DNA from: a bacterium | GTDB lineage: Bacteria > UBA8248 | Length of the DNA: 64,000 nt | Direction: 5' to 3' | NCBI GenBank assembly: GCA_965219955.1 | Contig: OZ244799.1 | Span: 3,264,001-3,328,000 of the forward strand | Shown: one piece after another, positions 18,548 through 28,357 of the stretch | How the letters are laid out: each line of letters begins with the position of its first letter | Position numbering within the stretch: position 1 is the stretch's first letter | Made by a program: the position numbers and the translations under genes | The notes under the pieces: generated by a model | Seen by the model: the letters and a program-made list of their open reading frames with translations, nothing else | What the model was told of the DNA's origin: nothing | The model's database searches: none

Positions 18548-21438
18548 CCCACCACCGCTTCTTCGAAATACTTCTTCAAGAAACTACCCGTATGCGAGCG
18601 GGGACTCTGCGCCACCTCCCCGGGCGTGCCCTCGGCCACGATGCGCCCTCCCCTCTCGCCTCCCTCGGGGCCCAAGTCGATCACCCACTCCGCGTTGCGG
18701 ATGACGTCCATATTGTGCTCGACGACGACCACCGTGTTCCCCAGCCCCACCAGGCGCGTCAGCACGTTCAGCAACCGCTCCACGTCCTGAAAGTGGAGCC
18801 CCGTCGTCGGCTCGTCCATCAGGTACATGACGTCCCTGGGCGGCTTGGCGGCCAGCTGGCCCGCGATCTTCAGGCGCTGCGCCTCGCCGCCCGAGAGCGT
18901 GTTCACGGGCTGGCCGATCCGGAGGTAGTTGAGGCCCACGTCCCTCAGGATGAGCAGCTTGTTCAGCACCGAGGGCACGTGATCGAAAAAGAGAGAAGCC
19001 TCATCCACCGTGAGGTTCAGCACGTCGTGGATGTTCTTGCCCTTGTACTGGATTTCCATGGCCTGGGGCTTGAAGCGCCTGCCCTCGCAATCGGGACAGC
19101 GGATGAAGATGTCGGCCATGAAGTGCATCTCTATCTTCTGGATGCCGCTCCCGGTGCAGGACTCGCACCGCCCTCCCGCCGTGTTGAAGGAAAAATGCCC
19201 GGGGCCGTAGCCCATGTTCCGCGCCAGCGGCGTTTCGGCGAACAGTCGGCGGATCGCGTCGTAGGCTTTCAAGTACGTGATGGGGTTGCTCCGGGGGCTC
19301 TTGCCGATGGGGCTCTGGTCGAGCAGCACGACGGAATCAAGCTCCTCGAATCCCTCTATCCGCTCGAAGCGGCCGATGGCGCCCTTGCCGTCGTGGAGAA
19401 TCCGCGCCAGCGCCGGATAGAGCGTGTCGTGCACCAGCGTGCTCTTGCCCGAGCCGGAGACCCCCGTTACCGCCACCAGACGACCCAGGGGAACGTGGAG
19501 ATCCACCTTTTTGAGATTGTTCTCCTGCGCGCCCAGCAGGGAGAGGTAGGAACAGCTACCGTTATCCCCTCGCTTGATCTTCCTGGGGCTGATCTCGCGC
19601 TCGCCGCTCAGGAACTTCGCCGTCGCCGACCCCTCGCACCAGTCGAGCTCTTCTCTGGGACCGGAGAAAACCACCTCGCCGCCGCGCTCGCCCGCGCCGG
19701 GGCCCAGGTCCACGACGTGGTCCGCCTCGTCGATGACGTCGCGGTCGTGCTCGACCACGAGCAGGGTGTTCCCCCGATCGACCAGGTCTTTCAGGATGCT
19801 CACCAGGCGCGCGTTGTCCCTGGGGTGCAGACCGATGGTCGGCTCGTCCAGTATGTAGAGCGTGCCCGTGAGGTGCGCGCCGAGCTGGTTCGCCAGGTTG
19901 ATCCGCTGGTGCTCGCCCCCGCTCAGGGTCCTGGTCTCCCTGTCCAGCGTCAGGTATTCGAGGCCCACCTTGTGCAGGAAATCGAGGCGCTCGCGCACCT
20001 GCTTCAGGACGTCGCCCGCGCGCGCGTGCTGATCGGGCGTGAGCGGCGGCGCCTCGAAATATTCCCGCAACTCGCTCACCGGCATGGCGCAGACGTCGGC
20101 GATGGTGCGGTCGCCCAGCTTGATCCAGAGCGCCTCGGGGCGCAGGCGCGTGCCGTTGCAGGAGGCGCATTTCTGAAGGCTCTGGTAGCGCCTGATCATC
20201 ACGCGCACCCAGACCTTGTACTTGCGTCTCTTCAACCTCTCGAAGAACCGGTACACCCCCAGAAACGACCCCGAACCCTCGAACACCAGCTTCTTCTGGT
20301 CTTCGGGCATCTCCTGCCAGGGGGTGTGGATGTCGAGTCCCTCGTCCCTGGCTGCATCCTGGAGCTGTTCGCCGAAATACCGGCGGTAGCGCGGCCTCGC
20401 CCATGGCTCCACCGCCCCCTGGGCGAGCGTCTTCCTGGGCTCGGGGATGATGAGCGCCTCATCGAAGCGCAGCGTGTTGCCGAATCCCCCGCACTCCTGA
20501 CAGGCCCCGTTGGGATTGTTGAAGCTGAAGGTGTGCGGGACGGGCTCTTCGAACGTATGGCCGCAGCACTCGAGCTTCTGGCTGAAGCGAAGCCTCGGCC
20601 CGTCCACGAGCTGCACCTCGGCGACGCCGCCGCCCTCGCGGAACGCCGTCTCCAGCGATTCGCCCAGGCGCGCGCGGTTTCTGGAAGAGAGCTTCAGGCG
20701 ATCCACCACCACCCGAATCGCGCGGTGGTTCCGCACGGCGGGTCTCTCTTCCTCCGGCTTTTTCTTCGGGGGACGGCCGCGCTTCTTCGCCCTGGGCGCC
20801 GGCTCGGCTTCTTTTTTCAACCTCTCGAAAAGGGGGGGGCCGATGTTCACAATCTCGTCGTCCATCATCACGCGGACGTAGCCCTGCCCCATGAGGGACT
20901 CGAGTTCTCCCGGCAAATCCTCCGCGTCGAGCTCTCCCATCGGGAAAAGGATGAACCCTCTCGCGCCCTCATGGGCGTTCAGCAGGAGCGCCACCGTGCC
21001 GTCGACCGTGGCGGGCGCGACCTCGCTCCCGCAATCGGGGCAATGGATCTTCCCGGCCTTGGCGAAGAGAAGCCGCAGGTAGTCGTAAATCTCCGACGCC
21101 GTGCCCACCGTGGAGCGCGAATGGTTCACCGGGTTGTACTGCTCGATGGCGATGGCGGGGCTGATGCCCTCGATGTAGTCCACGTCGGGCTTGTCCACAC
21201 GCTCCAGGAACTGCCGCGCGTAGGTGGAGAGGCTCTCCACGTACCGGCGGTGACCCTCGGCGTAGATGGTATCGAAGGCGAGCGAGGACTTGCCCGAACC
21301 GCTCGGCCCGGTGACGACGATGAAGTGCTCCCTCGGGAGCTTGAGGGAGATGTCCTTGAGATTGTGCTCCCGCGCGCCCTCGATGCGGATGTCTTCCATC
21401 AGGGAGACGGCGGGAGGCGTTTCGATTCGGGTACTCAT
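18544..21438 (-). CDS. uvrA: excinuclease ABC subunit A
   Basis: [27 protein letters not shown], zinc fingers, second GVSGSGKST and [10 protein letters not shown]. Confidence 0.96.
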   Translation of the reverse strand: MSTRIETPPAVSLMEDIRIEGAREHNLKDISLKLPREHFIVVTGPSGSGKSSLAFDTIYAEGHRRYVESLSTYARQFLERVDKPDVDYIEGISPAIAIEQYNPVNHSRSTVGTASEIYDYLRLLFAKAGKIHCPDCGSEVAPATVDGTVALLLNAHEGARGFILFPMGELDAEDLPGELESLMGQGYVRVMMDDEIVNIGPPLFERLKKEAEPAPRAKKRGRPPKKKPEEERPAVRNHRAIRVVVDRLKLSSRNRARLGESLETAFREGGGVAEVQLVDGPRLRFSQKLECCGHTFEEPVPHTFSFNNPNGACQECGGFGNTLRFDEALIIPEPRKTLAQGAVEPWARPRYRRYFGEQLQDAARDEGLDIHTPWQEMPEDQKKLVFEGSGSFLGVYRFFERLKRRKYKVWVRVMIRRYQSLQKCASCNGTRLRPEALWIKLGDRTIADVCAMPVSELREYFEAPPLTPDQHARAGDVLKQVRERLDFLHKVGLEYLTLDRETRTLSGGEHQRINLANQLGAHLTGTLYILDEPTIGLHPRDNARLVSILKDLVDRGNTLLVVEHDRDVIDEADHVVDLGPGAGERGGEVVFSGPREELDWCEGSATAKFLSGEREISPRKIKRGDNGSCSYLSLLGAQENNLKKVDLHVPLGRLVAVTGVSGSGKSTLVHDTLYPALARILHDGKGAIGRFERIEGFEELDSVVLLDQSPIGKSPRSNPITYLKAYDAIRRLFAETPLARNMGYGPGHFSFNTAGGRCESCTGSGIQKIEMHFMADIFIRCPDCEGRRFKPQAMEIQYKGKNIHDVLNLTVDEASLFFDHVPSVLNKLLILRDVGLNYLRIGQPVNTLSGGEAQRLKIAGQLAAKPPRDVMYLMDEPTTGLHFQDVERLLNVLTRLVGLGNTVVVVEHNMDVIRNAEWVIDLGPEGGERGGRIVAEGTPGEVAQSPRSHTGSFLKKYFEEAVVG

Positions 21439-21587
21439 TTCCTCGTGACGGCTCTATGGGTGATGTGGGCGACGAACGAAACGATAACCCCTCAATATGA
21501 TGCGCGGGGGAGGCAAGTGTCAACGGTGGGGGGGGTTGAAAGCCTGAGGGACAGGTTGCGACCATTACAAAGGGCAACCAAGCACCC

Positions 21588-22373
21588 TCAAATCGCCTTG
21601 AGCCTGCCCCCGTCGACGGCGAAGACGCCGCCGGAGATGTAGCTCGCCTCGGGCGAGGCGAGAAACGCCACCATCGCGCCGAACTCCCCGGGCTCGCCCA
21701 GGCGGCCCAGCGGCACCTCGCGCTCCACGCGGGCGACGGATTCCTCGAAGGATATCCCCAAGCGCTTTGCGGCGGATTCGCGCCCCTGAATCGCGCGGTC
21801 GGTTTTGATGACGCCGGGGATGACCACGTTCACGAGAATGTTCTCCCCGCCCAGCGAGCGGGAGAGCGATTTCGCCAGACCGGCCACGGCGGGGCGCATG
21901 ACGTTCGAGAGCAGGAGGTCGTCGATGGGTTCGCGTACCGAACTCGATAGAATGAAGAGGATTCTCCCGCCGCCGCGCCCTCTCATGTGCGGAAGCGCCT
22001 CGCGGACGAGGCGCACCGCGCTCATGACGCCCAACTCGAAGGCGTCGAACCAGGCGTCGTCTTCAAAATCCTCGAACACCCCCCGGGGCGGACCGCCCGC
22101 GTTCGACACCAGGGCGTCCACGCCGCCGAAATGCTCCGCCGCCCCGCCGATGAATTTCCGGACGCCTTCCGCCGTGCTCACGTCCGCCCCGCAACTCCAG
22201 GTTTCCACGCCGGCTTGTTCCGCGATATCCGATGCCGCAGCGGCGCAGGCGGCCTCGTCGCGCGCGCAGATGGCGACGGCAGCGCCCCGCATCGCCATCT
22301 TGAGCGCCGAGGCGCGGCCCAGACCCTTGCTTCCCGCCGCCACCAGGGCGATTTTTCCTTCCATGTCACGCAT
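21588..22373 (-). CDS. SDR family oxidoreductase
   Basis: AAGSKGLG, NAGGP and YISG...VDGG motifs. Lacks the catalytic Tyr (SNVMR), so an atypical SDR. Confidence 0.88.
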   Translation of the reverse strand: MRDMEGKIALVAAGSKGLGRASALKMAMRGAAVAICARDEAACAAAASDIAEQAGVETWSCGADVSTAEGVRKFIGGAAEHFGGVDALVSNAGGPPRGVFEDFEDDAWFDAFELGVMSAVRLVREALPHMRGRGGGRILFILSSSVREPIDDLLLSNVMRPAVAGLAKSLSRSLGGENILVNVVIPGVIKTDRAIQGRESAAKRLGISFEESVARVEREVPLGRLGEPGEFGAMVAFLASPEASYISGGVFAVDGGRLKAI

Positions 22374-22497
22374 TCGGTATCTCCTCTGTCGCGCCCGGCC
22401 GCAGCTACCCGCCGAAGCCGGAGACCCTCATGGTTCGCGAGGAACCTGATCTTTCAGGTCGCGAAGGGTGCGGGGAAACAAGAAGAATTGCAAACGC

Positions 22498-23286
22498 TCA
22501 GATGATCGAGTGGAATTTTCCGCCGTCTACGTTGATCGTCGCTCCCGTGATGTAGCCCGCGTGAACCGACGCCAGGAACACCGCCAGCCCCGCCACCTCT
22601 TCGGGAGCGCCGAATCGTCCGAGGGGAATCTGTGATTCACGCGCCCGACGCATTTCGTCGACCGACGTCCCGCGTTCTTCGGCAAGTTGCTCCGTCATCC
22701 AGTCCTGCATGGGCGTATCGATCTGCCCCAGACAGATCGTGTTCACCAGGATATTGTCTTTCACCAGGGCCTGGGAGAGTCCCTTGCTCAGACCCAGGAG
22801 CGCGGCGTTCGTCGTGCTTCCTCCCAGAACGCCGGGCAGGGGCTCCTTGCCGGTCCCTCCGATCATGTTGATGATCCGTCCCCCGCCTTGTTTTCGCATG
22901 AAATGCGCCGCCTCGCGCGAGATCGCGAGATAACCGACGATCTTCGTGTCCACGGTCTTTCGTATCTGCGCCGGCGTCAGCGAGGAGAGCGTACTCGGCG
23001 CCGCGCGTCCTGCGTTGTTCACGAGGATGTCCAGCCGCCCGAAAGACTCGACTACGCGGGACGCAAGCTCCGACGCTTCCTCCTCCACGCTGATGTCCGC
23101 ACGCAGCGAGAGTCCCGCGCCGCCTTGTTCCTCCACCGCCTTAAGTGCGGCGTCCAGGCGGGCTTGATCCCGGCCGCAGAAGGCGACCTTCACGCCCTGG
23201 TCCGCCAAGGCCAATACCGTCGCCATTCCAATCCCGCTCGTCCCTCCGGTGACGAGAGCAACCTTCCCCTCCAGGCCCATATCCAT
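22498..23286 (-). CDS. SDR family oxidoreductase
   Basis: TGGTSGIG, NNAG and YITGATINVDGG motifs. Lacks YxxxK (GSTTN). Confidence 0.88.
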   Translation of the reverse strand: MDMGLEGKVALVTGGTSGIGMATVLALADQGVKVAFCGRDQARLDAALKAVEEQGGAGLSLRADISVEEEASELASRVVESFGRLDILVNNAGRAAPSTLSSLTPAQIRKTVDTKIVGYLAISREAAHFMRKQGGGRIINMIGGTGKEPLPGVLGGSTTNAALLGLSKGLSQALVKDNILVNTICLGQIDTPMQDWMTEQLAEERGTSVDEMRRARESQIPLGRFGAPEEVAGLAVFLASVHAGYITGATINVDGGKFHSII

Positions 23287-23319
23287 TGCCAATCCTCATC
23301 GCTTATGTCGCAAAGCCCT

Positions 23320-24426
23320 CTATCCCAGAACAATTTTCCCCGTGCCGTCCTCCCGGGTGATGCGGGTATCGAACTCCGCCGAGAGCCTCTCCACCAGGTC
23401 GATCACCCCTTCGGCTCTCTCGCCTTCGACCAGGCCGGAATTGCCCGCATCGTCAATCGAAGCCGGAACGAAGCCCAGGTCCGCTATCCCATCCTTACCG
23501 ACCGTGAGTTCAAACAGAGCCGTCTGCCGCGGCATGCGGTTCTTGATGAGTTCGGGCGTCATCACGCCGCCGTAGGAGAGTTCGGGGCTTCCGACATCGG
23601 GCAGTTCGTGAAAGATGAAATTCCCGATTCCGTAGAGGATCGGCTTTCCCTTGTAGATTTCGACCGCCTGCAGCGTGTGGGAGTGGTGTCCCAGAACCAC
23701 GTCCGCGCCCGCGTCCACCAGCGCGCGGCCGACGCACGTCTGGTATTCCGCCAGGTCGTAGCGGCTCGCCAGCCCCCAGTGACCGGCGATGATCACGATG
23801 TCCGCCTCCCGCTTCGCCGCCGCCACGACTTTCTGCATGCGCGTGATGTCGGCCTGGAGCGGAAAAGTTTTCACCGGAGGGGGCGTGCCGGGCTGTTCCT
23901 GGGTTCTCGGGCTCGGCTCCAGGACGAAAGCGGAAAAGACATGGATGGGCGCGAGGCCGGGGCGCTCCTCGCCCGCGGAGCAGCCGAGCGGAAGAGTGGA
24001 GGCGTAGCCCAGGAAAGCCACGCGGACCCCGGCCTTCTCGATGATGGCGGGCGCGTACGCCTCCTCCAGATTCCGGCCCGCTCCCACGCGCCGGATCCCC
24101 TTCGCGTCGAGAAGGGACAGGGTGTCGAAAAGCGCGTCGTAGCCGTAGTCGAGCATGTGATTGTTGGCGAGGGTGACGACGTCCACCCCCATCTCGTCCA
24201 ACTCGTCGATCAGGGAAGGATGGGAGCGCAGAAACGTGTACTTCTCCGCCGGATAGCCCCTCTCGGAATACGGGCTCTCCAGGTTGATGAACGTCATGTC
24301 GGCCCCCGCCATGCGCTCGAACAGGGCGCACACGGGTTCCGCTCCCGGTTCTCCCGGACGAGGAAGCTTCTTGCCGATGAACACGTCGCCTGCCAACGCG
24401 ATGGAAACCTTCCCTTCGTCGGACAT
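23320..24426 (-). CDS. CapA/PgsA-like metallophosphoesterase-fold protein (cytoplasmic)
   Basis: AGDV, NLE, LANNHMLDYG, HWG, GHHSH and YGIGNF motifs. No signal peptide. Confidence 0.88.
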   Translation of the reverse strand: MSDEGKVSIALAGDVFIGKKLPRPGEPGAEPVCALFERMAGADMTFINLESPYSERGYPAEKYTFLRSHPSLIDELDEMGVDVVTLANNHMLDYGYDALFDTLSLLDAKGIRRVGAGRNLEEAYAPAIIEKAGVRVAFLGYASTLPLGCSAGEERPGLAPIHVFSAFVLEPSPRTQEQPGTPPPVKTFPLQADITRMQKVVAAAKREADIVIIAGHWGLASRYDLAEYQTCVGRALVDAGADVVLGHHSHTLQAVEIYKGKPILYGIGNFIFHELPDVGSPELSYGGVMTPELIKNRMPRQTALFELTVGKDGIADLGFVPASIDDAGNSGLVEGERAEGVIDLVERLSAEFDTRITREDGTGKIVLG

Positions 24427-24432
24427 TCCGTA

Positions 24433-25524
24433 TCACTCCTTCTGCATCGATAAGGCCGCCTTTTCTCCGAGCCCGACCACGCCGCGGCCGCCTTCGATCT
24501 CGACCACCGTTCCGTATCCCGCCGACATGTCGGAAACTTCTCCCAAAATCCGCGCCGCATCCTCCGGTCCGGCGAGGAGCGGGTGTCCTGACGAGTCCAG
24601 AACGAGCGGCGTGAGCGACAACTCGCGCACTCCCTCCACCCCGAGCCGGGCCTCCACCAGGAGTTCGTCTTTCGACATGAAATCGTACACGTTCCTGGAC
24701 ATGCCTTCGGGAAGATCGTGAAACAGGAAATTGCTCACGCCGTAGACGATCGGCGTGCTCCCGGCCACCTCCACCGGCTGGATGCAGTGGGCGTGGTGGC
24801 CGACGATGAGGTCCGCGCCCGCTGCGGCGAGAGCGCCTCCGGCGTCGCGCTGGTAATCCATGAGGGCGCTCACGTTCGGCAACCCCCAGTGGGGCAGGAC
24901 GACCACGATATCGGAGGAGCGTTTCGCCTCGCGCACCGCGTTCTGGAGAGTCCAGACGTCATCGGGGGAGGCGAAAGTCATAGCGGGAGGCGGCGTGCCC
25001 GGCTGCTCCTGGGTCCTCGCGCTCGGCTCGACCACCCAGGCCGTGAAGACGTGCAGCGGATTCACGCCCGGCCTGCTTTCTCCCGCCGCGCTTCCCAGCG
25101 GAAGCGTGGCCGCGCACGCCAGAAAAGCCACGCGGATGCCCCCCGCCTCCAAAACCAGCGGACGCGACGCTTCCTCGATGTCCCTGCCCGCCCCCACATA
25201 GGGGATTCCTCCGCTTCGCAGAACCTCGAGAGTGTCCAGGAGGGCGTCGGGACCGTAATCGAGCATGTGGTTGTTCGCAATCGTGACGCAATCGACCCCC
25301 AGGTGATGCAGATCTTCGGCGCGCTCGGGGGCCGCCCGCATGCGGACGATCTTCTCGGCCGGCGCGCCCCGCCTTGAGAGCGGCATCTCCAGAACGCACA
25401 CCGAGAGATCCGCCGCTCGTAGCCGATCAAGGACCATTTCAAGGCCGGGTTCATCCCGGGGGAGTGGGCGGTTGACCCAGAAGTCTCCCGCGACGGCCAG
25501 GATGATCGTATCGGCTGCGCTCAT
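24433..25524 (-). CDS. CapA/PgsA-like protein (tandem paralog)
   Basis: AGDF, IANNHMLDYG, HWG, GHHAH and YGVSNF motifs. Start overlaps the upstream stop (ATGA). Confidence 0.88.
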   Translation of the reverse strand: MSAADTIILAVAGDFWVNRPLPRDEPGLEMVLDRLRAADLSVCVLEMPLSRRGAPAEKIVRMRAAPERAEDLHHLGVDCVTIANNHMLDYGPDALLDTLEVLRSGGIPYVGAGRDIEEASRPLVLEAGGIRVAFLACAATLPLGSAAGESRPGVNPLHVFTAWVVEPSARTQEQPGTPPPAMTFASPDDVWTLQNAVREAKRSSDIVVVLPHWGLPNVSALMDYQRDAGGALAAAGADLIVGHHAHCIQPVEVAGSTPIVYGVSNFLFHDLPEGMSRNVYDFMSKDELLVEARLGVEGVRELSLTPLVLDSSGHPLLAGPEDAARILGEVSDMSAGYGTVVEIEGGRGVVGLGEKAALSMQKE

Positions 25525-26921
25525 CGCTTCTTGCCCATCCGCAGGTAGCGCCCGTCCGTGCGTCTGAGACGGGCGATTCGCGCAAGCGCCCGGTCTACCT
25601 GCTGCGGGCAGGTACCGATGTAGCTTTCCGGTTTCGTGACCTCGTCGATTTCCCCGGCGGTGAGGTGTTTTCGTGCGACCGGATCCTCGAGGAGGCACTC
25701 CTTGAGCGAGCGCCCCTCTTCCCTCGCCAGCTGGGCGGCGTCATGGCAGATGGTATGCGCTTCGACCTTTCGCTTCGTCTTCTGGTACAGGCGAAGCATC
25801 ACCGCTTCGGTCATGGTGAGCTCCCGTTGAAGTTCGAGATTGCGCCTCATGGCTTTCTTGTCGACGATGAGACCGCCGTATATCCGCTTGGCCGCCGCGA
25901 TAGCGGATGACGCCAGACCGAAGCTCTCGGCGATTCGCGAGAATTCCACGGCGTAGCGGCTCGCGTCGCGCTCGTGCTGTTGCTGGACGTCCATCATCGC
26001 GAGCGCGTTCGTCCGTGAGAGCTTGGCGAGTCCCTCCTGCCATTCGCTCGTCTCGGGATTGCGCTTGTGAGGGAAGGTGCTGCTGCTGTGCTGGTGTTCG
26101 ATGTCCCAGGGCTCCGCCACCTCGGCCACTTCGGTCCGCTGGAGGTCGCGGAGGTCCATCCCGGCTTCCCCCAGCGTCGAATTGATCAGCGCGAGGATGT
26201 TGAGCAGCTCCGCGAAGCGGTCCGTGCGGTGGTGCATGCTCATGTAGGGAACATGGAGCGCCAGCCGCCTGGCCACCAGCGTTTCCATTCGCCGGGTGGT
26301 CCGGAGGTCGCTCAGGTAGACGAAAGTGGACTGGGCGCCGGTTCCCGAAGAGACGTTCGCGTAAAAAAGCCGCTTGCTGCACTCCTTCAGCCGCTCGATG
26401 TGATCCCGTATCTCGCTGCAGAGAATCGCCATCTTCTGGCCGTATGTGACGGGAGAGGCCTGCTGACCCTCCGTCCGACCGGCCATGACGGTGGCGCGGT
26501 GGCGCCGGGCCAGACGGACGAGGATGGATTCGAGCTCTCGAAGCTCCTTGAGCAGGAGGACGTAAGACTCGCGGATCTGCAGCGTCAGTCCGCCGTCGAG
26601 GATGTCCTGGGTCGTCGTCCCGAGATGGAAATATTCCCCTTCCGGCCCCGCCGTCTTCGCGAAAGCATGAACCAGCGAGACGATCCAGTGGCGCGCCTTC
26701 TCGAACTCGCGGAAGACGAGGAGGGGAGTGACCTTCTTCGCGTCGCAACCGCGTACGATGGCCCTGGACGCCCATTTCGGGATCATCTTCAGTTCCCCTT
26801 GCGCCCAGGCGATGGCCGCTTCCACGTCGAGCCACTTCTGGACCATGTTCTCTTCTGTCCAGACAGCCCGCATCTCGGGCGTGGCGTAATAATCACGAAG
26901 CAACAGGCACTGATCTTTCAT
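25521..26921 (-). CDS. adenylosuccinate lyase / CMLE-like fumarate-lyase superfamily protein (divergent)
   Basis: FHLGTTTQDILD, GRTEGQQASP, SSTFPHKRNP signature and HERD. Confidence 0.88.
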   Translation of the reverse strand: MKDQCLLLRDYYATPEMRAVWTEENMVQKWLDVEAAIAWAQGELKMIPKWASRAIVRGCDAKKVTPLLVFREFEKARHWIVSLVHAFAKTAGPEGEYFHLGTTTQDILDGGLTLQIRESYVLLLKELRELESILVRLARRHRATVMAGRTEGQQASPVTYGQKMAILCSEIRDHIERLKECSKRLFYANVSSGTGAQSTFVYLSDLRTTRRMETLVARRLALHVPYMSMHHRTDRFAELLNILALINSTLGEAGMDLRDLQRTEVAEVAEPWDIEHQHSSSTFPHKRNPETSEWQEGLAKLSRTNALAMMDVQQQHERDASRYAVEFSRIAESFGLASSAIAAAKRIYGGLIVDKKAMRRNLELQRELTMTEAVMLRLYQKTKRKVEAHTICHDAAQLAREEGRSLKECLLEDPVARKHLTAGEIDEVTKPESYIGTCPQQVDRALARIARLRRTDGRYLRMGKKR

Positions 26922-26971
26922 TTCTTCTCCGCGGCTATCCGTTGTTTGGAGGAATGAATGGAATCAAAAAC

Positions 26972-28357
26972 TCAATCCAGCGATGGTTGAACAAAACGGC
27001 CGCTGCCCGGCGGGACCACCAAATCTCCGTCTCTGGCGATCAGCTCCCCGCGCAGAAAGGTCATCACCGGCGCGCCCACAAAAGTTCTGTCGGCGAAGGC
27101 CGTGTAATTTCCTTTGCTTTTCCCCTTCACCGGATCGACGAACACGGTCCGCTCCATGTCGACCACCACGAGATCGGCGTCCGCTCCCGCACGGATCGTC
27201 CCCTTTTTCGGGTACAGGCGGAAAATCCTCGCCGGCGCCTCGCACAAGCGCGCAACGAGCGTCGGAAGCGGCAGGACACCCTGATTCACTTCGTTCAGCA
27301 TCGAGGGCAGAAAAATTTCGAGGCCGGGTCCGCCGGGCGGAGCGATCCATATGTTTTCGTTGTTCTTGAGCTCGTTAATCTGGGGGGCGTGATCGGTTCC
27401 CATGGTGTCGATGGTTCCGTCCAGGAACCCTTCGCGGAGGGCATCGCGATCGGCGGCCGTCTTGACGGGCGGGCTGAATTTCCCCCATGAACCCACCGCG
27501 TGAAGGTCCTTGTCGCACAAGAGCAGATTGCCCGGCGCGACCTCGGAGGTGATCTTCGGATTTTTCTTCTTCGCGTTGCGGATGAGTTGAACCGCTTCGG
27601 CGCCGATAACGTGACAGATATGCAGACGGGCACCCGTTGCCGTGGACATGGTGAGGGCTTCGAAGACCGCGAGCTCTTCGGCGAAATTCGGCCGGCTCAG
27701 ACGCCAGGCGTCGATGTCCGGCTTCATCGTTTCCTTGCATCGCCTGGTGAAGAGCTCGAGGATCGGATTTGATTCGGCGTGGATTCCAATCTGTCCATCG
27801 AAGCCCGCGATTTCCTCGAACAGCAGGAAGAGCTTGTCGATGTCGACCGTAATGTAATTTGCGAAATCTTCCTTGAAGGCCCCCGTTACGGCGGTGAAAA
27901 TCTTGTAGCCGATCGCGCCCAGCTCATGGAAGTGATGGAGCTCTTTTCGGTTCTGATCGCAAGCCCAGGCGTACAGGGCGATATCCGCGTACGTGCGATT
28001 TTCGATGAGCGCTTTTCGTTCGAGAAAATCCTCGGGCGTGAGAACATCGGGTATGCCGTTTGGCATCTGCATCACCGTCGTCACGCCGCCGACGGCGGCG
28101 CTGGCCGTTCCGGTGGTGAAGTCTTCCTTTTCGGATTCCCCCATGTCGCGCAGGTGTACGTGGGGGTCGATGATTCCCGGCAGAAGGTATTTCCCCCCGA
28201 GATCGATTTCCTCCGCACCTCCCCCGGGGAGAGCGCCTTCTTCGAGCGAAGCAATCCGCCCGTCGCGCAGGGCCACGTTGGCGCGGCGAATCTCTTCGGG
28301 CGTCACGACATTTGCGTTCATCAGGTTGTAATCACGGTTCACGTCTTGGGGCGTCAT
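26972..28357 (-). CDS. dihydroorotase/allantoinase-like cyclic amidohydrolase
   Basis: PGIIDPHVHLRD, GGVTT...MPN, YKIF, IHAE, HICH, TDHAP and KGTIRAGADAD motifs. Confidence 0.9.
   Translation of the reverse strand: MTPQDVNRDYNLMNANVVTPEEIRRANVALRDGRIASLEEGALPGGGAEEIDLGGKYLLPGIIDPHVHLRDMGESEKEDFTTGTASAAVGGVTTVMQMPNGIPDVLTPEDFLERKALIENRTYADIALYAWACDQNRKELHHFHELGAIGYKIFTAVTGAFKEDFANYITVDIDKLFLLFEEIAGFDGQIGIHAESNPILELFTRRCKETMKPDIDAWRLSRPNFAEELAVFEALTMSTATGARLHICHVIGAEAVQLIRNAKKKNPKITSEVAPGNLLLCDKDLHAVGSWGKFSPPVKTAADRDALREGFLDGTIDTMGTDHAPQINELKNNENIWIAPPGGPGLEIFLPSMLNEVNQGVLPLPTLVARLCEAPARIFRLYPKKGTIRAGADADLVVVDMERTVFVDPVKGKSKGNYTAFADRTFVGAPVMTFLRGELIARDGDLVVPPGSGRFVQPSLD

Noticed and set aside
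18592-21642. 1016-aa plus-strand ORF (and similar long ORFs at 60680-62689, 22687-24453, 10098-11444)
   Set aside because: Antisense shadows of well-supported genes in high-GC DNA, with no recognisable motifs.
23320-25524. Poly-gamma-glutamate capsule locus
   Set aside because: No capB/capC, the proteins lack membrane anchors, and ggt is 19 kb away in an unrelated context.
25521-28357. purB and pyrC/allB gene symbols
   Set aside because: Catalytic and signature substitutions plus a catabolic TRAP context argue against housekeeping orthology.
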